Below, in pieces: positions 40,784 through 55,719 of a stretch of 62,583 nucleotides of DNA; position 1 is the stretch's first letter, and each line of letters begins with the position of its first letter. The DNA comes from Bacteroidetes bacterium HGW-Bacteroidetes-17 (GTDB lineage Bacteria; Bacteroidota; Bacteroidia; Bacteroidales; GCA-2711565). The stretch is taken from the NCBI GenBank assembly GCA_002840985.1, contig PHDM01000003.1, forward strand, positions 1 to 62,583. The letters are read 5' to 3'. The notes below the pieces were generated by a model that had not been told where the DNA came from, did no database searches, and saw only the letters and a list, made by a program, of their open reading frames with translations. The translations under genes and the position numbers were made by a program.

Positions 40784-41203
40784 ATGTTACAGCCGAAAAA
40801 GACAAAATTCAGGAAAATGCAAAAGGGGAAAATGAAAGGAAATTCCTTTCGTGGTAACCAAATTGCATTTGGATCTTTTGGAATAAAAGCCCTAGAAGAA
40901 ACCTGGATCACTGGAAGACAAATAGAAGCTGCTCGTCAAGCAGTAACCCGTTATATGAAACGTGAAGGACAGATTTGGATTAGAATTTTTCCCGATAAGC
41001 CAATAACCAAAAAACCTGCTGAGGTACGTATGGGTAAAGGTAAAGGAGCTCCAGAATATTTCGTGGCAAGGGTAACTCCAGGCAGAATCCTTTTCGAGGC
41101 AGAAGGTGTGCCATTGGAAATTGCAAAGGAAGCATTACGTTTGGCATCACAAAAGCTTCCGATTAAAATGAAATTTGTAGTAAGAAGAGATTACGTAGAA
41201 TAA
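40784..41203 (+). CDS. rplP: 50S ribosomal protein L16
   Basis: MLQPK, QIEAAR, RMGKGKG. Confidence 0.99.
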   Translation: MLQPKKTKFRKMQKGKMKGNSFRGNQIAFGSFGIKALEETWITGRQIEAARQAVTRYMKREGQIWIRIFPDKPITKKPAEVRMGKGKGAPEYFVARVTPGRILFEAEGVPLEIAKEALRLASQKLPIKMKFVVRRDYVE

Positions 41204-41217
41204 TCAATATTTAGAAA

Positions 41218-41445
41218 ATGGAACAAGCAGTTATCAAAGAACTTTCTACAGATGATTTGGTAGATCGATTAGAGGAAGAAACAAAACAGTTGTCAAAATT
41301 GAAACTGAATCATGCGGTTTCTCCTCTTGAAAATCCAAATAAAATCAAGGCCTATAGGAAAACCATAGCCCGGATTCAAACCGAATTAAGGAAACGTGGA
41401 ATTGAACAAGCCTTGGCTGGTAATGACCAGGAAACTGATAAGTAA
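41218..41445 (+). CDS. rpmC: 50S ribosomal protein L29
   Basis: [16 protein letters not shown]; operon position. Confidence 0.97.
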   Translation: MEQAVIKELSTDDLVDRLEEETKQLSKLKLNHAVSPLENPNKIKAYRKTIARIQTELRKRGIEQALAGNDQETDK

Positions 41446-41453
41446 GAATTGCT

Positions 41454-41708
41454 ATGGAAAGAAATTTAAGAAAAGAAAGAATAGGATTGGTTGTAAGTAA
41501 CAAAATGGAAAAATCCATTGTTGTCTTGATCGAACGTAAAGTTAAACATCCTATTTATGGAAAGTTTGTGATCAAAACTTCCAAATTAGCTGCTCACGAC
41601 GAAAACAACGACTGTAACATTGGTGATACAGTAAAGATTATGGAAACCCGTCCGTTGAGCAAGAGTAAATGCTGGAGATTAATTGAAATTATTGAAAGAG
41701 CTAAATAG
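41454..41708 (+). CDS. rpsQ: 30S ribosomal protein S17
   Basis: HPIYGK, AHDE, ETRPLSK. Confidence 0.99.
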   Translation: MERNLRKERIGLVVSNKMEKSIVVLIERKVKHPIYGKFVIKTSKLAAHDENNDCNIGDTVKIMETRPLSKSKCWRLIEIIERAK

Positions 41709-41710
41709 TT

Positions 41711-42079
41711 ATGATACAACAAGAATCAAGATTAGCTGTAGCTGACAATAGTGGTGCAAAGGAAGTGCTTTGTATCAGGGTGTTGGGCGGAACCGGAAAA
41801 AGATACGCCCGAATTGGTGACAAAATTATTGTCTCGGTAAAAAGTGCCATTCCTTCAGGGAACATTAAAAAAGGTACTGTTGCCACTGCAGTAGTTGTAC
41901 GCACCAAAAAAGAAACACGAAGAAATGATGGTTCTTATATTCGCTTCGACGATAATGCCGTAGTGATTTTGAATGCAGCTGGAGAAATGTCGGGTACCCG
42001 TATATTCGGACCGGTAGCCAGAGAACTACGCGACAAGCAATTTATGAAAATCGTTTCATTGGCACCCGAAGTGCTTTAA
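41711..42079 (+). CDS. rplN: 50S ribosomal protein L14
   Basis: [20 protein letters not shown]. Confidence 0.99.
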   Translation: MIQQESRLAVADNSGAKEVLCIRVLGGTGKRYARIGDKIIVSVKSAIPSGNIKKGTVATAVVVRTKKETRRNDGSYIRFDDNAVVILNAAGEMSGTRIFGPVARELRDKQFMKIVSLAPEVL

Positions 42080-42094
42080 TAAAAGAAATAGATT

Positions 42095-42418
42095 ATGCAA
42101 AAAAAATTACACATAAAAAAGGGTGATACCGTCATGGTTATCAGTGGTGAATCGAAAGGTCAGCAAGGTCGTGTACTGAAGCTCATGCCTGACGCAAATC
42201 GCGGTATCGTAGAAGGTGTGAACATGGTTTCAAAAAACACCAAACCCAATGCTAAAAATCCTAAAGGTGGGGTTCTTAAGCAAGAATCACCAATTCACTT
42301 ATCAAACCTGAAAGTTGTTGATGGTGCAGGTAATCCTACTCGCGTTGGTAAAAGAATTGATGAGAAAGATAATAAGAGTGTTCGGTATTCAAAAAAATCA
42401 GGGGAGGTAATCAAGTAA
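42095..42418 (+). CDS. rplX: 50S ribosomal protein L24
   Basis: IKKGDTV, VEGVN, PIHLSN. Confidence 0.99.
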   Translation: MQKKLHIKKGDTVMVISGESKGQQGRVLKLMPDANRGIVEGVNMVSKNTKPNAKNPKGGVLKQESPIHLSNLKVVDGAGNPTRVGKRIDEKDNKSVRYSKKSGEVIK

Positions 42419-42972
42419 TGGAATATACACCTAGATTAAGGGAAAAATATTTCGCAGAAATAATTCCCGCACTCACCAAAGAATTTAGCTACAAAACCAT
42501 AATGCAGGTTCCAAAGCTGAAAAAAATATCAGTAAATCAGGGATTGGGAAAAGCCATCACTGATAAAAAAATTATTGACACCGGTGTTGATGAAATGACC
42601 AAAATTACAGGACAAAAAGCTGTAATTACCAAATCAAAACGTGACATTTCTAACTTTAAACTTCGTAAAGGAATGCCAGTAGGCGTTCGGGTTACCCTTC
42701 GCGGCGACAAAATGTACGAATTTTTAGATAGACTTGTTTCAGTTGCAATGCCGCGTGTTAGAGATTTCAAGGGCGTAAATGATAAAGGTTTCGATGGAAG
42801 AGGAAACTATACCTTTGGCGTAACCGAACAAATTATTTTCCCAGAAATAGATATTGATAAGATTAATAGCATTAATGGAATGGATATCACCTTCGTTACT
42901 TCGGCCAATACCGATAAAGAAGCAATGGCTCTATTAAAAGAATTTGGTATTCCATTTAAAAATCAAAAATAA
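42418..42972 (+). CDS. rplE: 50S ribosomal protein L5
   Basis: [24 protein letters not shown]. Confidence 0.99.
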   Translation: MEYTPRLREKYFAEIIPALTKEFSYKTIMQVPKLKKISVNQGLGKAITDKKIIDTGVDEMTKITGQKAVITKSKRDISNFKLRKGMPVGVRVTLRGDKMYEFLDRLVSVAMPRVRDFKGVNDKGFDGRGNYTFGVTEQIIFPEIDIDKINSINGMDITFVTSANTDKEAMALLKEFGIPFKNQK

Positions 42973-42981
42973 GATAAGCAT

Positions 42982-43251
42982 ATGGCTAAAGAATCAATGA
43001 AAGCGAGAGAAGTTAAACGACAAAAACTCGTTGACAAATACGCTGCCAAAAGGGCTGAATTAAAAGCAGCAGGTGATTATGAAGGTTTGCAAAAACTTCC
43101 AAAAAACGCCTCACCGATACGTTTGCACAACAGGTGTAAATTAACCGGCCGCCCAAAAGGTTATATGCGTCAATTTGGTGTTTCACGTATCAACTTTAGG
43201 GAAATGGCATTGAATGGCTTGATTCCGGGTATCAGAAAAGCCAGTTGGTAA
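42982..43251 (+). CDS. rpsN: 30S ribosomal protein S14 (89 aa, zinc-free type)
   Basis: [20 protein letters not shown]; single Cys. Confidence 0.99.
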   Translation: MAKESMKAREVKRQKLVDKYAAKRAELKAAGDYEGLQKLPKNASPIRLHNRCKLTGRPKGYMRQFGVSRINFREMALNGLIPGIRKASW

Positions 43252-43340
43252 TAATAAATGATTATTAATTATTGAAAAATGTAAAAATAATCGATAAAAA
43301 AATAATCAATAAAAAATAAACAATAAACAATAAGATAGAG

Positions 43341-43739
43341 ATGCTTACTGATCCAATTGCAGATTATTTAACAAGAATTCGAAACGCAGTGAAAGCTAGC
43401 CATAGAGTGGTTGAAATTCCTGCTTCCAATTTGAAAAAAGCGATAACAAAAATACTGTTTGAAAAAGGTTATATCTTGAATTATAAATTCGAAGATGATG
43501 ACAAACAGGGAATCATCAAGATTGCCTTGAAATTTCATCCGGTTACCAAGTTGCCTGCTATTTCAACACTTCAAAGAGTAAGTCGTCCAGGTTTAAGAAA
43601 GTATTCTGACGCTAATAGCCTCCCACGTGTATTAAACGGATTAGGGATTGCTATTTTGTCAACATCAATGGGCGTAATTACCGACAAAGAAGCAAGAAAA
43701 CTAAAAGTCGGTGGCGAAGTATTATGTTACATTAGTTAA
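43341..43739 (+). CDS. rpsH: 30S ribosomal protein S8
   Basis: [25 protein letters not shown]. Confidence 0.99.
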   Translation: MLTDPIADYLTRIRNAVKASHRVVEIPASNLKKAITKILFEKGYILNYKFEDDDKQGIIKIALKFHPVTKLPAISTLQRVSRPGLRKYSDANSLPRVLNGLGIAILSTSMGVITDKEARKLKVGGEVLCYIS

Positions 43740-43755
43740 TAAGGAGATTTAATCA

Positions 43756-44310
43756 ATGTCAAGAATAGGAAAATTACCCATCAACATTCCTGTAGGAGTT
43801 CAGGTTACCGTCAGCGACGAAAATGTGGTTACGGTAAAAGGCAAGCTTGGAGAACTCAAGCAGGCTGTTAACCCAACCATCAGTGTAAAAATTGAGGACG
43901 GTTCAATTAAAGTAGGTAGGGCTTCTGATAGTATCCCTGATCGTTCAAAACACGGTTTATACCGATCTTTAATTTCAAACATGGTTCATGGAGTGTCTGA
44001 AGGTTATAAAATCGTACAAGAATTAGTTGGAGTAGGTTATAAAGCTACTGCAGTTGGTCAGATACTTGAAATATCAGTAGGTTATTCGCACAATATTGTG
44101 ATGGAATTACCTCCCGAAGTGAAAGTTGAAACTCAAGCTGAAAGAGGGAAAAGCCCCCAAATCATTTTATTCTCTCATGATAAACAGTTGATTGGTCAGG
44201 TTGCAGCTAAAATTCGTTCATTACGTAAACCGGAACCATATAAAGGAAAAGGTATTCGTTATCAAGGTGAGGAAATCAGACGTAAAGCTGGTAAAGCAGC
44301 TACTTCATAA
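43756..44310 (+). CDS. rplF: 50S ribosomal protein L6
   Basis: MSRIGK, GVGYK, PEPYKGKG. Confidence 0.99.
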   Translation: MSRIGKLPINIPVGVQVTVSDENVVTVKGKLGELKQAVNPTISVKIEDGSIKVGRASDSIPDRSKHGLYRSLISNMVHGVSEGYKIVQELVGVGYKATAVGQILEISVGYSHNIVMELPPEVKVETQAERGKSPQIILFSHDKQLIGQVAAKIRSLRKPEPYKGKGIRYQGEEIRRKAGKAATS

Positions 44311-44341
44311 TTAAAAACAAGAATTTTAAATTCTTAATAGA

Positions 44342-44704
44342 ATGGCAATAAAAGATAAAAGAAAATTCAGAAGATTGAGGATAAAACTTGGAGTTAGAAG
44401 ATCCATTGTTGGAACTCTTGAAAGACCAAGACTTACTATTTTTAGAAGTAATAAGGGTATTTATGCCCAATTGATTAACGATTCTGATGGAGTTACTTTA
44501 GCCGCAGCATCATCAACCGGCAAAGGCATTGCAGAAGCAAAAGTTAACAAAATCGAACAAGCCAAATTGGTTGGTAACCTTCTTGCAGAAAAAGCAAAAG
44601 AAGTTGGGGTTGAGTCAGTTGTTTTTGACAGAAACGGTTATTTGTATCATGGTAGAGTTAAATCTTTAGCTGACGGTGCTAGAGAAGGAGGTCTTAAATT
44701 TTAA
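44342..44704 (+). CDS. rplR: 50S ribosomal protein L18
   Basis: [16 protein letters not shown]. Confidence 0.99.
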   Translation: MAIKDKRKFRRLRIKLGVRRSIVGTLERPRLTIFRSNKGIYAQLINDSDGVTLAAASSTGKGIAEAKVNKIEQAKLVGNLLAEKAKEVGVESVVFDRNGYLYHGRVKSLADGAREGGLKF

Positions 44705-44709
44705 AGATT

Positions 44710-45228
44710 ATGGCAAATTTAAACGAAAATAGAGTAAAGACTAGCGAAATTGAATACAAAGACAGACTGGTTAGTATTCAAAGAGTTACTAAAGTTACCA
44801 AAGGTGGACGAACATTCAGTTTCTCAGCAATTGTTGTGGTTGGAAATGAAAAAGGTGTTGTAGGCTATGGTTTGGGAAAAGCAAAAGAGGTAACTGCTGC
44901 CATTGCAAAAGGAATCGATGATGCCAAGAAAAATTTAGTTAAAGTTCCGATTTTAAAAGGTACTTTACCTCACGATCAATATGGTAAATATAGTGGTGCG
45001 TATGTATTCCTGAAACCAGCTGCTCCCGGAGCAGGTGTCATTGCAGGTGGTGCCATGCGTGCTGTTTTAGAAAGTGTTGGAGTAACCGATGTTTTAGCAA
45101 AATCAAAAGGATCGTCAAACCCACATAGTGTTGTTAAAGCTACCATTGACGCTTTGGTTAAACTGAGGGACCCTAAAACAGTTGCACAAATGAGGGGTGT
45201 CAGTTTAAGTACAGTTTTCAACGGATAA
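44710..45228 (+). CDS. rpsE: 30S ribosomal protein S5
   Basis: [21 protein letters not shown]. Confidence 0.99.
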   Translation: MANLNENRVKTSEIEYKDRLVSIQRVTKVTKGGRTFSFSAIVVVGNEKGVVGYGLGKAKEVTAAIAKGIDDAKKNLVKVPILKGTLPHDQYGKYSGAYVFLKPAAPGAGVIAGGAMRAVLESVGVTDVLAKSKGSSNPHSVVKATIDALVKLRDPKTVAQMRGVSLSTVFNG

Positions 45229-45237
45229 AAACCTGTA

Positions 45238-45420
45238 ATGATGAAAAAAATAAGAATAGAACAAGTGAAAAGCGGCATTGGACGGACAGAACGCCAAAAG
45301 CTTACGCTCCAGGCATTAGGCTTGAAAAGAATGCATCATACAATTGAAGTAGTTGGAACCCCACAAATTCTGGGAATGATTGCCAAAGTTGATCATCTGG
45401 TTAAAGTGGAAGAAGTTTAA
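45238..45420 (+). CDS. rpmD: 50S ribosomal protein L30
   Basis: KSGIG, LQALGLK, GMIAKV; operon position. Confidence 0.97.
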   Translation: MMKKIRIEQVKSGIGRTERQKLTLQALGLKRMHHTIEVVGTPQILGMIAKVDHLVKVEEV

Positions 45421-45444
45421 TTTAGAAAAAAAATTTGATATACG

Positions 45445-45891
45445 ATGGATTTAAGTAATTTAAAACCGGCAGAAGGTTCGACCAAGAACAGGAAAAGAAT
45501 CGGAAGAGGGCAAGGATCAGGCAGAGGCGGAACAGCTACAAGAGGTCATAAAGGTGCCCAATCAAGATCTGGCTATAGCCGTAAATTTGGTTTTGAAGGC
45601 GGTCAAATGCCTTTGTATCGACGAGTTCCTAAATCTGGATTTAAGAACATTAACCGAAAAGAATACCACGGTGTCAATATCGATGCTTTACAACAATTAG
45701 CCGAGACAAAAAATATTAAAATCATTGATTTAAATGTTTTAATTGAAAATGGATTAGCTACAAAAAACGAGCTGGTTAAAATTTTAGGTCGTGGCGAATT
45801 AAAAGCCAAACTAGAAGTTAGAGTTCATGCATTTTCGGAATCAGCTATTAAAGCGATCGAAGCTCAAGGTGGTGTTGCAACAAAAATTTAA
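45445..45891 (+). CDS. rplO: 50S ribosomal protein L15
   Basis: [15 protein letters not shown]. Confidence 0.99.
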   Translation: MDLSNLKPAEGSTKNRKRIGRGQGSGRGGTATRGHKGAQSRSGYSRKFGFEGGQMPLYRRVPKSGFKNINRKEYHGVNIDALQQLAETKNIKIIDLNVLIENGLATKNELVKILGRGELKAKLEVRVHAFSESAIKAIEAQGGVATKI

Positions 45892-45897
45892 GATTAA

Positions 45898-47256
45898 ATG
45901 AAAAGATTAATCCAGACAATTAGAAATATTTATAAGATTGAAGATCTTAGAAAACGGATTTTGTATACCCTCGGAATATTGTTGATATACCGTTTAGGTT
46001 CTAAAGTCGTTATTCCCGGTGTCGATCCTGATATGTTGGCGAATCTGCAAAACCAAACTGACGGTGGAATCTTAGGATTATTGAATATGTTTTCAGGGGG
46101 TGCCTTTTCTAATGCGTCAATCTTTGCTTTAGGAATCATGCCTTATATTTCCGCATCAATTGTAATTCAATTGTTGGGAATGGCAATTCCATATTTTCAA
46201 AAACTTCAAAAAGAAGGTGAGAGTGGAAGAAGAAAGATTAATCAGATCACCCGATATTTAACTGTATTAATTACTGGTTTTCAGGCTCCTGCGTATATCG
46301 CAAACATGATATCAAGCTTACCACCTGAAGCGATTTCACCATTCAATCCAAACATCACTTCACCTACTACCTTTTTCTGGGTTTCAACCGTAGTGATACT
46401 GATATCAGGTACCATGTTCGTCATGTGGCTGGGTGAAAAAATTACTGATAAAGGAATCGGAAATGGAATTTCCTTAATAATTATGATCGGAATTATAGCC
46501 AGATTGCCATTTGCATTGGCTGGTGAATTCTTCTCAAAAATGGAAGAAAAAGGTGGAGGTCTTGTATTCTTTGTAGTTGAAATAGCAGTGCTTGTTTTCG
46601 TCATATTATTGACCATTTTATTGGTGCAGGGAACGCGAAAGATACCGGTACAATATGCAAAAAGAATAGTAGGAAATAAACAATATGGTGGAGTTCGTCA
46701 GTATATCCCGTTAAAGGTAAATGCTGCTGGTGTTATGCCTATTATTTTTGCACAGGCCATTATGTTTTTACCCTTAACATTGGCCGGATTTGCAAATTCG
46801 GATTCACTAAGTGGTTTTGCTCAAGCTTTTACGAATATTAATGGGTTCTGGTACAATTTTGTGCAATTTGCAATGATTATGCTCTTTACCTATTTTTATA
46901 CTGCCATTACTGTTAATCCAAATCAAATGGCAGAAGATATGAAGAAAAACGGTGGATTTATTCCTGGGGTAAAGCCTGGACGAAAAACTGCAGAGTTTAT
47001 TGATAATGTGATGTCGAGAATTACATTACCCGGTTCTATATTTTTAGCCTTGGTAACATTATTGCCAACTTTAGTAAGATTAATGGGTGTAAGTCAGGCA
47101 TTCGCAATGTTTTATGGTGGTACTTCACTATTAATTTTAGTAGGTGTTGTATTGGATACATTACAGCAAGTTGAAAGCCATTTATTAATGCGGCATTACG
47201 ATGGTTTGACCAAATCCGGCAGGATTAAAGGTAGAACTGCAGGCATTATGGGCTAA
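45898..47256 (+). CDS. secY: Preprotein translocase subunit SecY
   Basis: ALGIMPYISASI, GIGNGISL, GVMPIIFA, IPGVKPG, GGTSLLI. Confidence 0.99.
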   Translation: MKRLIQTIRNIYKIEDLRKRILYTLGILLIYRLGSKVVIPGVDPDMLANLQNQTDGGILGLLNMFSGGAFSNASIFALGIMPYISASIVIQLLGMAIPYFQKLQKEGESGRRKINQITRYLTVLITGFQAPAYIANMISSLPPEAISPFNPNITSPTTFFWVSTVVILISGTMFVMWLGEKITDKGIGNGISLIIMIGIIARLPFALAGEFFSKMEEKGGGLVFFVVEIAVLVFVILLTILLVQGTRKIPVQYAKRIVGNKQYGGVRQYIPLKVNAAGVMPIIFAQAIMFLPLTLAGFANSDSLSGFAQAFTNINGFWYNFVQFAMIMLFTYFYTAITVNPNQMAEDMKKNGGFIPGVKPGRKTAEFIDNVMSRITLPGSIFLALVTLLPTLVRLMGVSQAFAMFYGGTSLLILVGVVLDTLQQVESHLLMRHYDGLTKSGRIKGRTAGIMG

Positions 47257-47266
47257 ACAATATTGT

Positions 47267-48043
47267 ATGATACAATATAAGAATAACGAAGAAATTGAAT
47301 TAATAAGAGAAAGTTCTTTACTTGTTGGAAAAACTTTAGCCGAGGTTGCCAGGCATATTATACCTGGAATCGAGACCCGAAAGCTGGATAAAATTGCCGA
47401 AGAATTTATTCGAGATCATGGTGCATTACCAGGATTTAAAGGATACGGTGGATTCCCCGGTACCTTGTGCATATCAGTGAATGAAAATGTAGTTCATGGT
47501 ATCCCGGGAAAAGCGAAGCTTAAGGATGGAGATATCGTTTCAATTGACTGCGGAACAATTTTAAATGGATTTTATGGCGATTCTGCCTATACTTTTGAGG
47601 TAGGAGAAGTAAAAGATGAAATCAAACTTTTACTTAAACGAACCAAAGAATCACTTTATAAAGGAATTGAAGCTGCAATAGTTGGTAAACGAATTGGGGA
47701 TATTGGATTTGAAATCCAAAATTATACCGAACAATTCGGATATTCAGTAGTAAGAGATTTGGTTGGACATGGTTTGGGACGAAATTTACATGAAAAACCT
47801 GAAGTTCCCAATTACGGGAAAAGAGGAGTGGGGATAAAACTTAAAGAAGGAATGGTACTAGCAATCGAACCCATGATCAATCTCGGCGTAAAGGATGTAG
47901 TTCAGGAAAAAGATGGTTGGACGATCAGAACATTAGATCGGATGCCGTCAGCTCATTTTGAGCATGATGTTGCCATTAGAAAGGGAAAAGCTGAAATCCT
48001 TTCTACATTTGATTATATTGAAGAAGTATTAAACATTAAATAA
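47267..48043 (+). CDS. map: Methionine aminopeptidase, type I
   Basis: VVHGIP, SIDCG, GDSA, GHG..LHE, AIEPM, SAHFEH. Confidence 0.98.
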   Translation: MIQYKNNEEIELIRESSLLVGKTLAEVARHIIPGIETRKLDKIAEEFIRDHGALPGFKGYGGFPGTLCISVNENVVHGIPGKAKLKDGDIVSIDCGTILNGFYGDSAYTFEVGEVKDEIKLLLKRTKESLYKGIEAAIVGKRIGDIGFEIQNYTEQFGYSVVRDLVGHGLGRNLHEKPEVPNYGKRGVGIKLKEGMVLAIEPMINLGVKDVVQEKDGWTIRTLDRMPSAHFEHDVAIRKGKAEILSTFDYIEEVLNIK

Positions 48044-48046
48044 AAT

Positions 48047-48265
48047 ATGGCGAAACAAACATCTATTGAACAAGATGGTACCGTAATAGAATCCTTAGGC
48101 AATGCAATGTTTAGGGTTGAACTTGAAAACGGTCACATTATCACAGCTCATATCTCTGGTAAAATGCGGATGCATTATATTAAAATATTACCGGGAGATA
48201 AGGTTAAGCTTGAAATGTCACCGTACGATTTAACCAAAGGACGAATTACATTTAGATATAAATAA
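48047..48265 (+). CDS. infA: Translation initiation factor IF-1
   Basis: [18 protein letters not shown]. Confidence 0.99.
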   Translation: MAKQTSIEQDGTVIESLGNAMFRVELENGHIITAHISGKMRMHYIKILPGDKVKLEMSPYDLTKGRITFRYK

Positions 48266-48319
48266 TATAACAAGAGAAATAAAGCATATTGGATTAATAA
48301 AACATTTAATTGAAATAAA

Positions 48320-48436
48320 ATGAAAGTTCGAGCATCGATTAAGAAGAGATCTCCCGAATGTAAAATCGTTCGTAGAAAAGGAAGATTATATGTGATTAAC
48401 AAAAAAAATCCAAAGTATAAACAACGTCAAGGATAA
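48320..48436 (+). CDS. rpmJ: 50S ribosomal protein L36 (zinc-free type)
   Basis: Not in the ORF track (38 aa): [38 protein letters not shown]. Confidence 0.98.
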   Translation: MKVRASIKKRSPECKIVRRKGRLYVINKKNPKYKQRQG

Positions 48437-48476
48437 TAAAGACATTAAATTTAAATTAATTACAATTATTTGATAT

Positions 48477-48857
48477 ATGGCTAGAATAGCGGGTATCGAT
48501 TTACCAAAAAACAAAAGAGGCGAAATAGGTTTAACCTATATCTTTGGCATAGGTAGAAGCCTTGCACAACAAATACTTACCGAAGCCGGAATTGACTGGA
48601 GTAAAAAAGTTGAAGATTGGACCGATGATGAACAAAACAGCATCCGTACCATCATAGGCGAAAGGTATAAAGTTGAAGGCGGTCTTCGCTCTGAAATTCA
48701 AACCAATATTAAACGGCTCAGAGACATTGGTTCGTACCGTGGAATCAGACATCGTTTAGGTTTGCCTTTGCGTGGACAGGGTACCAAAAACAATGCGCGA
48801 ACTCGTAAAGGAAGGAAAAAAACTGTTGCAAACAAGAAAAAGGCAGTTAAAGGTTAA
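48477..48857 (+). CDS. rpsM: 30S ribosomal protein S13
   Basis: [26 protein letters not shown]. Confidence 0.99.
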   Translation: MARIAGIDLPKNKRGEIGLTYIFGIGRSLAQQILTEAGIDWSKKVEDWTDDEQNSIRTIIGERYKVEGGLRSEIQTNIKRLRDIGSYRGIRHRLGLPLRGQGTKNNARTRKGRKKTVANKKKAVKG

Positions 48858-48899
48858 TAGCTAGTTTTTTGACAAGAAAGATCGAAACATTATAACATT

Positions 48900-49289
48900 A
48901 TGGCAAAAAGTACCAGAAATACTAAAAAAAGGGTCGTTAAAGTTGAGCCAATCGGAAAAGCTTTCATACAGGCATCTTTTAATAATATTATTATTTCCCT
49001 AACCAACAATTCAGGACAAGTTATTTCCTGGGCTTCTTCAGGCAAGATGGGGTTTAGAGGTTCAAAGAAAAACACACCTTACGCAGCCCAAATGGCAGCT
49101 GAAGATTGCGCGAAAGTAGCGTTTGACCAAGGCCTCAGAAAAGTAAAAGTGTATGTAAAAGGTCCTGGCGCAGGTCGTGAATCTGCAATCCGAACATTAC
49201 ATGGACAGGGAATTGAAGTAACTGAAATTATGGACGTAACTCCATTGCCTCATAATGGCTGCCGACCTCCTAAAAGACGTAGGGTATAA
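48900..49289 (+). CDS. rpsK: 30S ribosomal protein S11
   Basis: [23 protein letters not shown]. Confidence 0.99.
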   Translation: MAKSTRNTKKRVVKVEPIGKAFIQASFNNIIISLTNNSGQVISWASSGKMGFRGSKKNTPYAAQMAAEDCAKVAFDQGLRKVKVYVKGPGAGRESAIRTLHGQGIEVTEIMDVTPLPHNGCRPPKRRRV

Positions 49290-49344
49290 TTTTAGGTTTA
49301 TTTCAACAGAAGATTTTTATAACACAAAAGTAAATTTGTAAAAC

Positions 49345-49950
49345 ATGGCAAGATATACAGGCCCAAAATCAAAAATTGCACGTAAATTCAAAGATCCAAT
49401 ATACGGACCAGATAGAGCATTCGAGAAGAAAAACTATCCTCCCGGACAACACGGTAACTCAAAACGCCGTAAAAAACAATCCGAGTACGGAATTCAGCTT
49501 CAGGAAAAACAAAAAGCTAAATATACTTACGGTATTATGGAACGTCAATTCCGCAATACTTTTGAAAAAGCCAGCAGCAAGGCAGGTATTACCGGTGAAG
49601 TATTACTTCAATTGATCGAATCTCGATTAGATAATGTGGTTTATCGTTTAGGCGTTGCCCCGACCAGAAGTGGTGCCCGTCAATTGGTATCCCATCGTCA
49701 TATCACAGTAAATGGTGCAATTGTTAATATTCCTTCATACTTGGTTAAAGAAGGTGATTTGATTGGTGTTCGTGAGAGATCAAAAACACTGGAGGCAATT
49801 ACCAATTCATTAACCGGCCGCTCTAATCCTTATTCATGGTTAGAATGGGATGAAGCAAAGATGACTGGGAAATTTATGAATTACCCGGCTCGTGAAGATA
49901 TTCCTGAGAATATCAAAGAACAACTAATTGTAGAGTTATACTCTAAATAA
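49345..49950 (+). CDS. rpsD: 30S ribosomal protein S4
   Basis: [29 protein letters not shown]. Confidence 0.99.
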   Translation: MARYTGPKSKIARKFKDPIYGPDRAFEKKNYPPGQHGNSKRRKKQSEYGIQLQEKQKAKYTYGIMERQFRNTFEKASSKAGITGEVLLQLIESRLDNVVYRLGVAPTRSGARQLVSHRHITVNGAIVNIPSYLVKEGDLIGVRERSKTLEAITNSLTGRSNPYSWLEWDEAKMTGKFMNYPAREDIPENIKEQLIVELYSK

Positions 49951-49994
49951 TAGCTTGATTTTAATCATTATTTGACAACAAATAAAACAAAAAT

Positions 49995-50987
49995 ATGTCG
50001 ATTCTAGCATTTCAAAAACCTGATAAGGTAATCATGATCGAAGCCGATGAATTCAAAGGGATCTTTGAATTCCGTCCTTTGGAACCGGGCTTCGGTATAA
50101 CAATTGGTAATGCATTACGAAGGATATTGCTGTCTTCACTTGAAGGCTATGCAATCACTTCTATCAAAATTGAAGGCGTTGTTCAGGAATTTTCAACGGT
50201 GAAAGGTGTTGTGGAAGATGTTTCTGAAATCATCCTCAATCTAAAAAAAATACGTTTTAAACGACAGATCGAAACTGAAACCTCTGAAGAAGTTCATGTT
50301 GTAATCGGTGATCAGGATTCGTTTAAAGCAGGAGATATTAATAAATTTTTATCTGTCTTTCAGGTATTAAACCCTGAGGTAGAAATTTGTCACATGGATC
50401 CGTCTATCAAGGTTTCAATTAATTTAACAATCGATAAAGGGCGTGGTTATATTCCTGCCGACGAAAACAAAAAGGTGAATGCACCCATCGATACTATTTT
50501 TATTGATTCAATTCATACTCCAATTGTTAACGTAAATTATAGAGTTGAAGATTTTAGGGTAGAACAGAAAACTGACTATGAAAAGCTTATTTTAGAGCTT
50601 ACCACCGATGGATCAATTCATCCCAAGGAAGCTTTGAAAGAAGCTGCCAAAATACTTATTCATCATTTCATGTTATTCTCCGATGAGAAAATTACATTGG
50701 ACACAGAAGAGAAAACTGTTACTGAAGAATTTGATGAAAATTCATTGCATATTCGTCAGTTATTAAAGACCAAACTTGTTGATTTAGATTTATCAGTTCG
50801 TGCACTGAATTGTTTAAAAGCTGCCGACGTTGATACATTGGGTGATTTGGTTTCGTTTAACAAAAATGACCTGTTAAAGTTCAGAAATTTCGGTAAAAAA
50901 TCTTTGACTGAACTTGAAGAACTTGTTAAAGCTAAGAATCTTGAATTTGGGATGAATACAGCAAAATATAAATTAGATAAGGAATAA
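49995..50987 (+). CDS. rpoA: RNA polymerase subunit alpha
   Basis: [32 protein letters not shown]. Confidence 0.99.
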   Translation: MSILAFQKPDKVIMIEADEFKGIFEFRPLEPGFGITIGNALRRILLSSLEGYAITSIKIEGVVQEFSTVKGVVEDVSEIILNLKKIRFKRQIETETSEEVHVVIGDQDSFKAGDINKFLSVFQVLNPEVEICHMDPSIKVSINLTIDKGRGYIPADENKKVNAPIDTIFIDSIHTPIVNVNYRVEDFRVEQKTDYEKLILELTTDGSIHPKEALKEAAKILIHHFMLFSDEKITLDTEEKTVTEEFDENSLHIRQLLKTKLVDLDLSVRALNCLKAADVDTLGDLVSFNKNDLLKFRNFGKKSLTELEELVKAKNLEFGMNTAKYKLDKE

Positions 50988-50992
50988 TAGAA

Positions 50993-51592
50993 ATGAGACA
51001 CGGAAAGAAATTCAACCACTTAAGCAGAAAGAGTGCGCATAGAAAAGCAATGTTGGCCAATATGGCTGCTTCTTTAATCATGCACAAAAGAATCAGGACA
51101 ACTCTGGCAAAGGCTAAGGCACTTAGGGGTTATGTTGAACCTTTAATCACAAAATCAAAGGACGATTCAACTCATTCTAGAAGAACTGTATTTAGCTATT
51201 TACAAAGTAAAGAGGCGGTAACCGAATTGTTCAGGGAAGTATCAGTAAAAATTGCCGATCGACCTGGAGGATATACCCGCATTCTTAAAACTGGCAATCG
51301 ACTGGGTGATAATGCAGAAATGTGCTATATCGAATTGGTTGATTATAATGAAAACTTGTTAGTTGAAAAAGCTCCAAAAGCTAAAGCTTCCAGAAGAAGA
51401 GGTGGAAAGAAATCGGGAACTCAAAGTGTTCAGGCGGCGAATGTTGTTGAAGCAGAAGTTGTAGAATCTGTTGAAGAAGTGAAGGAAGAAGTTGCAGTTT
51501 CTGAAGAGATTGAAGAAACACCGACAGAGGATACTATTGAACAGCCTAAGGTTGAAGAAGCTGAGGAATCAGCAGAAGAAGAGCAAAAATAA
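50993..51592 (+). CDS. rplQ: 50S ribosomal protein L17 with long acidic C-terminal tail
   Basis: [17 protein letters not shown]; Glu-rich extension. Confidence 0.99.
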   Translation: MRHGKKFNHLSRKSAHRKAMLANMAASLIMHKRIRTTLAKAKALRGYVEPLITKSKDDSTHSRRTVFSYLQSKEAVTELFREVSVKIADRPGGYTRILKTGNRLGDNAEMCYIELVDYNENLLVEKAPKAKASRRRGGKKSGTQSVQAANVVEAEVVESVEEVKEEVAVSEEIEETPTEDTIEQPKVEEAEESAEEEQK

Positions 51593-51611
51593 TTACGATT
51601 TAGATCATTTG

Positions 51612-52986
<1,375 letters not shown>

Positions 52987-53009
52987 TTAAAGCCGGAAAC
53001 CTAATTAAA

Positions 53010-53047
53010 AGAGCGCGATTCACTTTTGTGGGTCGCGCTCTAATTTT
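53010..53047 (+). terminator. Hairpin terminator after eno (possibly bidirectional)
   Basis: AGAGCGCGATTCAC-tttt-GTGGGTCGCGCTCT, flanked by A-rich and T-rich tracts. Confidence 0.75.
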
Positions 53048-53136
53048 GAAATTATTCTCTAAACTTATTAGGTTAACGTGAGTTCGATATAAGAAAGCAT
53101 TAAAATAAAAATTTCCTGTGCCGTAGGCAGTGTAAA

Positions 53137-53206
53137 GAATTAAGATATAAGATGTTAGACTTTAGATGCTAGAAATTTGACACAAGATTCAAGACACGAG
53201 ATTCAA
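53137..53206. repeat. Ten degenerate heptamer tandem repeats (GA-N5)
   Basis: gaattaa gatataa gatgtta gacttta gatgcta gaaattt gacacaa gattcaa gacacga gattcaa. Confidence 0.75.
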
Positions 53207-53225
53207 TTAATCCATAGTCTAACTT

Positions 53226-55316
<2,091 letters not shown>

Positions 55317-55719
55317 TTATTTCCAACATTAGACTACACATTTCAACTGCATATGAAATATCCTTCAACGTACATCACTATAAAAGCTGTATTAACTTAA
55401 ACGTTCAAAATTACTATTTATCGTCCAACCACTGAAATATAAATAAATCAATTCCTGAAACTGTTTCTCAATAATGATAATAATATTTAGGATATAATAA
55501 TTGTAAATTTTTAACTCAACCATTTCGACTTATATAAACGGCTATCTTAGTTTTTCATTGCCTTATTATGAATAAAAATAAGCCAATTAAATCACAAGTT
55601 AATGATTGAAATTTTATAAATATGAACTATGAAATGTGGATTATTTATCTAGAAAAACGCATTTATATTATTGAGATTGAATAAGATTGCGGTTTATAAA
55701 ATTTTTATTGGTGTAAGCT

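Noticed and set aside
51340-51592. Long acidic tail on L17
   Set aside because: Low-complexity C-terminal extensions of L17 are common in Bacteroidota.
53137-53206. Possible CRISPR array
   Set aside because: The units are 7 nt with no spacers, and no cas genes are in the window.
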